This document shows, one piece after another, positions 25,473 to 35,769 of a stretch of 64,000 bases of DNA. Position numbers and translations under genes: made by a program. A model generated the notes under the pieces. It was not told the DNA's origin, ran no database searches, and was given only the letters and a program-made list of their open reading frames with translations. Each line of letters starts with the position of its first letter. Position 1 is the stretch's first letter. The stretch is from the NCBI RefSeq assembly GCF_021869535.1, contig NW_026262701.1, positions 110,484,001 through 110,548,000 on the forward strand, given 5' to 3'. The DNA is from Mytilus californianus (Eukaryota).

Positions 25473-26019
25473 TATACTTGGATAGGTTCAGGTATAAAGA
25501 TAAGATAAGATAACTTTATTAGCACCAACACATAAACAATAAATGGTTATGGCAACAAAATACAGATAAACTACAATAACATATGTACAATTAAGGAGTG
25601 ACAGCGGATAAGTATGAGAAAGATATAAATAAAATCTAGTACCTTTTGACAATGAGTGTCTCACAAACAAGCATTCATTCAAATAATTTACAACAAGTTT
25701 TAATACTGTTGGAGAATTACTATTTAGAATTGATATAAGCAAGTTATAAGATAAAGAATATAATTTCATTAGAACATTATTTAACTTTTTAATGAGGTTT
25801 TAAATGATTAATGGCGGATATATGTTGATTAAGAATTTGATGCTTGAAATAGTTGTCTAGAGAATCGCATTTTGAGCTATAGATATCCTTGATGGGCTTT
25901 AAGTATGTTGATTGGTTGTTTTCTCATTTACGTAACTCCGAATAGCCTATATATCTTTTCATTTATATTTGGCATACATGTTGCATTCCCACACAAAAAA
26001 TGTCATCTAGTAACATAGG

Positions 26020-28648
26020 TTTCTCTAGACATGAACACTGAAAATCAAGTAGACCATGTCTGCATCTCCAAGATGTTAAGGAGAAGTTTACAAGATGTTC
26101 CAGTTAAAAGAGGAGCAGACGTTGCCTCTGGCCATCACTTTATTGTGGCAAAAGTAAAATTGGAGTTAAAGAAACACCAAAACAACACATTAACAGGTAA
26201 ACGATTTAACACGTCAATGTTGGCCAACAAAACAAAGAATTAAAAAATCGCTTCTCAACATTTCAGAATGCAACAGAGGAAATAGTTACAATAGAAGATC
26301 CCTTGCAAGAGATTAAAGAAGCTTTCACGACAGCTTGCGAAACATCAGCTGGTTTGAAAAGTAGGAAACATCAGGAATGGATATCATCAGAAATACTTGT
26401 AAAAGTGGAAGAAAGGAAAAATATAAAAAAAATATCCTGAACAACAGCAAAACAAGATCAGCAAAACAAACAGTCTCAAGAGCGTACACTATAGCTAACA
26501 AGGATGTAGGAACTGTGCAAGGAAAGATAAGAGGGCCTTTGTAGACAAACTAACAGCAGAAGCAGAAGTGGCAGCCAGAGCAAACAACATCAAAGCTCTA
26601 TATGACAACATAAAACTGTTCACTCGGAAATATCAGAAAGGAGGTAGACCGGTAAAAAGCAAAGAAAGGATACACTAAACACACATGAAAAGCAAATGAA
26701 ACGATGGGTGGAGCATTTCAATAATGTGCTAAACCAAGAGCCATCGGTAAATAAAGCTGACATTCCACCCTCTGAAAATCTTTTGGCAGTTGACTGTAAA
26801 AGATCCTCTAAAGGAGAAATCAAGAAAGCCATAAAAATGCTGAGGAACAACAAAGCTCCAGGTCCTGACAACATGCCTGCATAAGCACTGAAAGCAGACA
26901 TTGAAACATCAACTGAAATGCTATATAACCTGTTTTGAAAGATCCGGGAAAAAGGAGAGGTCCCTCTAGAATGGAAAGAAGGACAATGGTATAGCTTTCA
27001 AAGAAATGCAATTTAAGCATTTGTGACAACTATAGATGAATAATGCTACTATCAGTTCCATGGTGATTGAGATTATAACACAATGTTGACTGCTGTACCT
27101 CTATTTTTGACATCTTTACCTATAATATCTGTTTGTTTTGTTCACATATTGTTGTCAATATAATGGAATTTTATGCGACTGTCATACAAGTGAGAGGTTT
27201 AGCTAGCTTTAAAACCAGGTTTAATCTACCATTTTCTACATAAGGAAATGTCTGTACCAAGTCAGGAATACGACAGTTGTTTTCCATTCGTTTGATGTGT
27301 TTGAGCTTTTGATTTTGCCAATTGTTAAGGGACTTTCCGCTTTGAATTTTCCTTGGAGTTCGTTATTTTTGTTGTTTTACTTTTCCAGGGAAAGTTTTAA
27401 ATAGAGTAATGTTAAATCGACTCAAAAATGCAATAGACGAAATTCATCGTAACAACCAAGCTGGATTTATAAAAACAGATCATGTGCAGACCAAATAGCA
27501 ACTTTACGCATCATCCTCGAACAATCACAAGAGTTCAATTCATCGCTCTTTTCTGTTTTTGTCGACTTAGCCAAAGCCTTTGACAGCTTAGATAGAGATG
27601 TGTTGTGGCAGTTGATGAGACACTATGGCATTCCTGAAAAATGTATTACTATCATCAGAAATACCTACACAGGAATGCAGAGCAAGATCATCCATGAAGG
27701 TCAACTAACAGAGGCCTTTGATATAACAACTGGGGTAGGACAAGGCTGTCTCCTTTCACCTATGCTTTTCCTCCTGGCGGTTGACTGGATCATGAAGCAA
27801 GCCACAGACGGCAGAAGAAACGGTATCCAATGGACCATGTTCACACAGCTGAATCCTAGACTTTGCCGATGACATTGCCTTGCTGTCCATCAACCACAAA
27901 CAAATGCAGGACAAACTAGCACAGGTTGAAAGGAGAGCTGCGGAAACAGGCCTATCTATCAACTACAAAAAGACCAAAGTTTTAAAGTCAAACACAAGGA
28001 CCCTAACAAGTCTGATGGTTAACACCCAACCTTTAGAAGAAGAGGATTCATTTACATACCTTGGAAGCTTAGTGGACAATCTTGGTAGCTCAGATAAAGA
28101 TGTAAAAACCAAAATTGGCAAAACTAGAACTGCATTTAATATGATGGGCACAATTTGGAAAGCAAGAAACATCACTCTAAAGACCAAAGTACGCTTGGTC
28201 AATTCCAATATAAAAACATGAGACCTGAGAGCTGAGACTTGGAAAACAACAAAAAACATGCTTCAAAACATTAAGTCTTCATCAACAATTGTCCAGGCGC
28301 ATCCTTAACATCAGAAGGCATGAGAAGATATCAAACCAAGATATGTGGGAAAAGACCAACCAATCCCCAGTTGATGAAGAGTTGAAAAAGAGAAAGTGAA
28401 GATGGATAGGGCACACACTGAGGAAGCCAAATAACAGCGTTACAAGGCAAGCCTTGCAGCGGAACCCACAAGGAAAGCGTGGCAGGGGCAGACCAAGTTA
28501 CAACTGGAGAAGAAACGTTGCAGCCGAGATGGAGAAAGAAGGGTACAAGTGGCATGATCTGGAGAAGCTAGAAAAAAATAGAACAAGGTGAAGGAATATC
28601 GTTACTGGCCTATGCTCCACAAAGGGGCAACAAGATTAAGCAAGTAGG
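26020..28648 (+). mobile_element. 5'-truncated RTE-like non-LTR retrotransposon (pseudogenised), antisense in intron 2 of paralog B
   Basis: APE C-terminus (NQVDHVCI...RGADVASGH), KAPGPD, FVDLAKAFDSL, GVGQGCLLSP, LDFADDIA; stops and frameshifts; short repeat-like tail. Confidence 0.9.
27061..27384 (+). mobile_element. About 325-bp SINE-like element inserted in the LINE RT
   Basis: Splits LLSVP|GKV; (TT)CCA is repeated at both junctions; same family as 14325-14530. Confidence 0.75.
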
Positions 28649-29648
28649 CATACATTGTTGACCAACACACAATAACATATTCATCTTTTGAATTTTCAAG
28701 TATCAACTTCTGAACTTTGTAAAAATCCGATATAGCATTGGCAATAATCAAGCAATACTCGAGCTAAGAGCAGAGTGTGTTTTTATCGAATATTCGAATC
28801 ATAGTTTTTCCTTGATAAATAATGAATAAAGGCAACAGTAGTATACCGGTGTTCAAAAGTCATAAATCGATTGAGAGAAAACAAATCCGGGTTAAAAACC
28901 AAAACCAAGGGAAAAACATCAACCACAAGATGAAAACAAATGACACTTTTGGTGTAAAGTATTTTATACTGAATTGTGTTTTTTCTAGGTAAAAAACCCA
29001 ATAAATGACTCATTTGGTTGCAGTTTTAGTTGGTATTATTATGGTTTTTTTTTCTAAATTTAGCTTATTATAGCTAGTTCTTGGTGTTCAATTCTTTGGG
29101 AATATATATATGCTAAGATCACCAAATTAATCACGTATAACCAAAATATACCCTATGCCTGGGGTAGAAAACACATAGTGTTTCGAATAATTTAACGCTT
29201 TATATTCAGCCAAAAATGAACGTATCAATAATATTTCAGATCAAAACAAAAGTGCTTACTACTGGGCTGCTGATACCTTCGGGGATAAAACGTTCACCAG
29301 CAGTGACATGTAACACATTGAAATGTATTCGACATTATAAACTTCTTATATTTTATGTTTGCCACGATTTAATTATACATATACCAGATGCCTCTCTGAC
29401 TATAATACTATGTAGTCAAATTTATTACCACTCTGCATGCAATGAGAAATTTCAATATTTTAATTTAGTTTAAAACATGTTGGAAATGATATTTTTGGAC
29501 AATGTGTTTTTTGGTTTAACTATTAAATTGGTGATCTTAACATGTATATTCACGCAAATATTAAACTCCTTTGATTTGAAGCTTTGTGAAATGTTACCGG
29601 AAGCTTGTACAGTTATCATGAATACCCTTCAGAAACTTTCTATCTTAC

Positions 29649-29867
29649 CTGGATGTTCCGAAGGAACAAAGAAATGAAGTGTTTTATCCTGTGAATTACA
29701 ATATTCCAAGAAATCCTTGTACAAATCTTTCCTTCCCAAATGCCATATCATTGCTTGTAATGGCGCAAGATTGTATTTAGTCAGAATCCTGCGTTCTTTC
29801 AAATGAGTAAAAAGACTCATGTAATCTGTTATCTTCTCTAAAACATTTTTAGTCAAACCACCTTCGC
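29649..29867 (-). CDS. DED-protein paralog B, exon 2
   Basis: Acceptor tattgcAG, donor G|GTAAGA, 219 nt, phase 1-1; GEGGLTKNVLEKITDYMSLF...LQAMIWHLGRKDLYKDFLEY. Confidence 0.88.
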
Positions 29868-30359
29868 CTGCAATATAACCCTAAACATGACAAAGCAGTA
29901 AAGATTCGAACAATTTATAGCAATCTTGTATAAAATAATTTATATTTCTAGCAGCAAAGGTTTACTAGCATATTTAGAAAACTATTTCTTTGTTGTGATA
30001 TTTTAAATACTGTAACAATTATAATATAAAAATGTTCTTTGTAACTTTTTAAGTTGCATTTTCTGTTGCACAACTATCTAAATGCATTGACTGTGAAGTC
30101 AGAATTTCTTCTTTTTTTTCTTTAAAAAAAGTGTTCTGTAATTTGCCGATTTTATCTAACCCGAAGATTCTAAATACAGGTTCTAAGAGTCGTCCTGGGA
30201 GTTGTTTTTGGATGTGTTTAATCGTATTTATGATTACTTCCCACAAAACATTTGTGTTTCTTTACGTTTCATTAATTTAACTTGTACTTATGTCGAGTCC
30301 GTTCATCTGCATTTGCTTTAAGTTACTTATGATAAAAGACCGTTTATCGAGTAGAACCT

Positions 30360-30500
30360 ATTTTGTCATATAGCTCTTTAACTGTTTGGGTTCTTATACA
30401 TCCTTGGCTTTCATATATTCGACTTTGAGCGTTTCTGATGAATTTAAATCCAGAAAAGCGCTTCGGATGCATAAAATTCTAAAGTGTGGTTTCATTTTCT
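30360..30500 (+). mobile_element. Second hammerhead-like repeat family (retrozyme-like fragment)
   Basis: gcgttt-CTGATGA-atttaaatcca-GAAA-agcgct-TC-ggatgc at 30429-30470; decayed copies at about 1005-1056 (plus) and 12375-12420 (minus). Confidence 0.5.
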
Positions 30501-31352
30501 ACGATTCATTTGAGAGTAAGTTGTAAGAAACTGCTACAATTTTTGTATTTGTTTTTCATTTTGTAGTAAACGTGTTGTTTTTGCAAATAATGCTGAGTAT
30601 CTAGCAAAATGGTTCAACATCACAAATAAAAACAACGGTAAAACGGTAAAAGGAGTCAAATGTTTAAAGTGTCTAAATGAAAGTGAAAGGCGATAGTAGT
30701 GTTCTTCAAATATTTATGACAGTAGTTCACACAATTGATAATAAACAAAAGAGGAGGAGACATTTACAGCGAAATGCGGATCAGACGTGGCAGGAACACT
30801 GAAGGAACTTGATATGATGCAAATGAATAATTTCCTAAGCAAAGAATGCAAAATACAACATATTTTCATAAGGTGCAGGATGGACGCTGAAAGATAATAT
30901 ACATTGAGTTGAGACATCAGCAAACACGACATAGAATAGGCTTATCCTATAAGCAACTGAACCATGTCACTCACATATAATTCTTTTGACATTTTTTTTT
31001 TTAGTAATTTATTAAATTATTATTTTTCCAAAAAATTTTGAGCGTCAGATATCTGGTTTATAATTTAGTCCGCAAGACTCGTGTTTTGTCATATAAGACT
31101 CATCATTGACACTCAAATCAAAACACTCAAAAGTTCAAATCAAATAGAAGAAATTGAAGAGCATTGGAAACCAAAACATTAATCCATCGCTCATTAAAAA
31201 AGGATTAATCGTCCGATATCCAAAGTATAATGTATGTGGTTTCTCCTGGTTATTCTAATAAGAACTGACAGCAAGAAATTTAAAGAAGATATAGTACAGA
31301 AGAATAAAAGAACTCAGTGAGTCTTGCTTTACCTATGTATAATCTAAAATAC

Positions 31353-31488
31353 CTGCGCAACAGAATTTGAGTTTTTTAAAGTCTTCCTCTGTTAGCTGAT
31401 CTCCAATCTTTAGTAGAAACGTGTGAAGTGCATAATCATCCGATGGAATGATCCTTATATCATCCAATGTAAGTTTGTTTGTATCCAT
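31353..31488 (-). CDS. DED-protein paralog B, exon 1 (start codon, N-terminal half of DED)
   Basis: ATG at 31488; MDTNKLTLDDIRIIPSDDYALHTFLLKIGDQLTEEDFKKLKFCCA; donor G|GTATTT; 136 nt, phase 1. Too short to appear in the ORF track. Confidence 0.85.
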
Positions 31489-33969
31489 TTTCGGTTATTC
31501 TACTTTATTTGAATATCACGGTAAAAGGAGAATGCATGAAAACACAGTTGTGTATCCACTGTTGCTTTATTTAAACTATCTTCCTAGAATTTGTTTAAAA
31601 ATTCAATGAATCTACATTGGCTTCCATTGAAAGTGTACAAATTATAAAAATCCATACAATGTTAATAGACGAATACCATTGGTAAGAAGAATCTGCTGCA
31701 TAATTCAATAACAATCACACTAGTTGTATATTCTATTATCGATATTGACCTAATTCTTGCAAATATCTATTTTCATGTAAACTGCCGACACTAATAATCA
31801 ATATAGAATTTAAATGGACCTTAACATAAAATGTTATATTATGGTTGAAATATCACGTTTGTAATATATGATAATATAACGCACTGAATCATAATAAGTG
31901 TACTAGCTTTGATATTTTTCCAAATAAGTATAAGTATATCATGACTAAATTTGTTCAATTTTAATTAGAAAATAATCAACAACAAAAAAAAACATAAAAA
32001 CAGTTGAGTAAGTTGGTCTTTAAAAGGCATTATAAAGAGAAATTGACTTCATAGTCTAAAAATCAGACTTATTCTATACGTATTTCGAGAAAAAAAAGGT
32101 GATGATTAATCAAGTTCAACTTAGTGGAAGGTTTAGCTAGCTATAAAACTAGGTTTGACCCACCATTTTCTGCGGAACATACCTGTACCGAGTCAAGAAT
32201 ATTGCAGTGTTTTTTTCACTTATTCCGTTGATTGGTAGCGTTTGATTTTATCAGTTTTTATGGACTTTCCCTTTTTCGAATTTGCCTTGGAGTATTTTTG
32301 TTATACTTTTTTAGTAAGCATACTATTGAGTTATTGTGTCAGTTGTTGTTTCCTTGTACACAATAATAAAATACAATGTTTGCCCTTATATCCAAATGTT
32401 TCAGATAAAGTACGAAATAAAGTGCTCTCGTATTGCGTAGTATTATAATGAAATATTTTGTTGTGTTCATATTCTAATTCGTTCTCTTTTTTAATGCAAG
32501 TTTACAATGTATATAACGATGGACAATACTGTTTAACTAAATCAATTACAGGAAGGCAAAAAAAGATTAACATATAACAATTAATGAAAGCACAAAAAAT
32601 TCTAAACAGATCATACAAAATCGTCCAAGGTCATTTTCACCACTTGGAGCCGAAATACTTGCCTTAGAACAATCACCAAATTTATAAAACTGAAAATTGA
32701 CATAATCATCAATGTATCATTCAAATTGTGCAAGCGCTGACTACTGGTGGGTAGTATTCTCTGAATGAGGCTGATAGTCTACGAGCAGTGGCACACGTCT
32801 CTGGAATCAAAATGCCAGCTAGTACTGGAGCATAGGCTACAAGGCGGGTGGTCCAATGGGGGACTGACAGTCAACCTCCATAGTAATGAAATTCACTAAA
32901 AGGTACTAGAGTAAGGGAATAAATGGGTTGAATATCTAAACGTTTCAAAAGCTAAATTGGTTTTACTTCTTCTTGTAAATATTGGATGAAGAAATTTAAA
33001 TTATTGATATATGAAATGAAATCTGTTCGGTTTTTTTTCAAAAGACTTTTAAAGAAAAATAGTTTAAACCAGTATTTTTCTAACTCATTCGTTTCAGTGC
33101 CAGATTTGTACTGTTTCTCTCTGTAAAAGTTAACTTTCGATTCCCATTTAATTATTGTTAGATTGGCAATTCGTTGCAATTTCTTGCTCATTTTCAAAAC
33201 AAACTACCTACTAGTATATATGATAAATAAATTAGAGAGGGTTCAACAAATATGGATGGACCTTACGGATAGCCGGAAACATGTGATTGTATTCAAAAAC
33301 CATATAAGTCAATCCCATGGTAAATGTTAAAATATATTAGGTAAACAGAAGTCTATAGAAAATTACTCAGAAAACTAGAGATTCTAGAACTCTATGGAAC
33401 CAAACCGAAAGTGATGATCATGCCAAGTAAATATACGGTGATAAGTCGTATTCGGTGATATCTAGATCGAGGAAAAAGGGTATGGACTGTGGGTTAAATA
33501 CATAATACCAAGTATTCTTGTCGGAGTAGATCACAACATTAAGTCAGTGTTGTTTCTACTTCTAGCAGTCTTGTTTGTCCTCTGTCCTAATAAACTACTT
33601 TTCGTTTCAAACTTACACATCCGATCACTTTTTAGTGATAAAGAATAACATTTACCGATGGCTGATGAATTTGGTAAGGTCTCAGGGTTAGACAAGAACA
33701 TTCATCAATTCTATATTTTTATGAAGCGTTATGATAGAAAATGAGTCAGCAACGTCTTTTAACATAAGAAACACGGCGTGTGTCACCAAGAGCAAGACCA
33801 GCTGCATGACCCTTCCGGAGCAGCTGACTTCATCCCCGATTTTTTTTTTATTGAGGTCATTTTTGTCGAAGATATTTAGAACTTGGTTGTCTTTTGGTTG
33901 CTTTCTATCATATTTGTTTTCCTCTTATCGTTTTAAGTATAAATTAGGCCTTTGATTTTCTATTTCTGG

Positions 33970-34310
33970 ATCGATACCACTTCTGATGAATGTTTCGTCC
34001 CGTGAGAGTATCACCAGTACAATAGTCCGCACTTTTGTGTTGACATGAAATATCATCGGTATGTTATTTTTCTGCTGTAATACTGATGATAAAATGTTCA
34101 ATTACTTGAAATATATAGGTGTTTCTATCCCCTGGCATATATTGCCTCAGTCGTATTTGGCACAACTTTTCGGAATTTTCAGTTTTTGATGATCTTCAAC
34201 TTGGTTTTTGATTTGGCCTTCCAACTGTTTTGAGCGCCACTGATGAGTCTGATGGAGACGAAACGCGTCTGGCGTAACATATTATAAGCCTGATTTCTTT
34301 TATGAGTTTT
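33970..34310 (+). mobile_element. About 340-bp retrozyme-like element
   Basis: Shares blocks with the copies at 640-870, 15985-16290, 16625-16800 and 35450-35700; carries an intact hammerhead near its 3' end. Confidence 0.7.
34234..34275 (+). ncRNA. Minimal type I hammerhead ribozyme with intact core
   Basis: Stem I GCGCCA/TGGCGT; core CTGATGA (34240-34246); stem II GTCT/AGAC; GAAA (34260-34263); palindromic stem III ACGCGT; GUC cleavage site after 34269. Confidence 0.8.
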
Positions 34311-34462
34311 ACATTTTTTCATCAAGGTACCTTTCATAATCTTACTATGCAATATGGGTCTTGCTTTTTGTTGAAGGCCTACGGTGATATATAGCTGTGT
34401 ACATCCAAGTCCTTATGTCTTTCTTGTTTTTTTGTCTCAATGGCAATCACATCTTTTATATC

Positions 34463-35450
34463 GATATACAAATATTCCACAAGACGAAGGAATAGCAGCG
34501 TGTGAAGAGGTATGGAACAATCGCAGTGACAAAAATCCTCCAACTGAGTGCCTTGTTACACTTCTACAACTAATGCTGGAGAGCAACAACTTCTCTTTCA
34601 ATGACAAACACTATCTACAGATGGACGGCACTAGTATGGGTACAAAAATGGCCCCGTCATATGCCAACATATTTATGGGCCAACTTGAAAAACGCCTCTT
34701 GGCTTGTGCTCCATACCAGCCATTATCATGGTTTTGATTTATTGGTGATATTGATTTTAAATGGACAGATTCACAAGACCATCTGAATGAATTTCTTGAA
34801 CACTGTAACTCTTTCAACCATTCAATTAAATTTACACACAAAACATGAAAGGAGAAAATAACTTCCTTGATACTACGAGTTACATCCAGAACGGAACTAT
34901 GATAATGGATCTTCATACGAAGAAAACAGACAAACATTAATTTCTCTCTCCTAAAAGTTGCCATCCCAGACCCTGCTCCGGTGGTATCCCTTTCAGTCAG
35001 GCATTGCGAATCAAGAGAATATAATCAACTGAAAATAAGCATCATGCTATACTTGGATAACTACGTTTAACATCTAGTTGTTCGAGGATACAATAACAAC
35101 AGTATTGATACTGCTTTCGAAAAAGCAAACACTATTAACCGCATAGAACTTCTGGAGTACAACGATACGAATAAAGGAGTCAACAGAACACCTCTTGTAT
35201 TCACTTACCATCCTGATTTTGAAAATGTTTCATCCATTGTTCGAAAGCATTGGAACATTATAGAAAATGACTCCAATTCCTCACCACCAGTCATGGCCTT
35301 CAGAAGAAATAAAAACATCCGTGACAAATTAGTGACAACTATTAACAAAGCAACCTACTCCACCTCCTGTTGCTACAAACATATTAGGAGAAGGAATTCT
35401 TTATGTTGTAAGACTGCCAATACTAGCAGTTCTTTCACCAGCTCCTTGAT
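34463..35450 (+). mobile_element. Canonical Penelope/Poseidon-type RT fragment (pseudogenised)
   Basis: [46 protein letters not shown] (decayed YIDD) and FRRNKNIRDKLV linker; stops and frameshifts. Confidence 0.85.
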
Positions 35451-35700
35451 AAAGTACAAAGTTGAAGAGCATTGAGGACCCAAAATTCCTAAAGTGTTGC
35501 CTAATACAGTTTAGGTAATCTATTCCTGGGGTAGTAAATCCTTAGTATTTCGAAAAATTTCAAATTTCTGTAAACAGTTAATTTATAATTATGACCATAT
35601 CAATGATAATTCTTGTCAGCACAGAAGTGATAACTACTGAGCTGGTGATACACTCGGAGAGAAAAACTCCACCAGCAGTAGCATTGACTTTCTCAACTTA
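35450..35700 (-). mobile_element. Partial retrozyme-like copy (hammerhead end missing)
   Basis: Reverse complement aligns with 33980-34215. Confidence 0.65.
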
Positions 35701-35769
35701 GATATACTTTCTTTGCATACATTTATCGGTAAAGAGCATTGGAAACTAAATAATTTCGGAAAGATTTTT

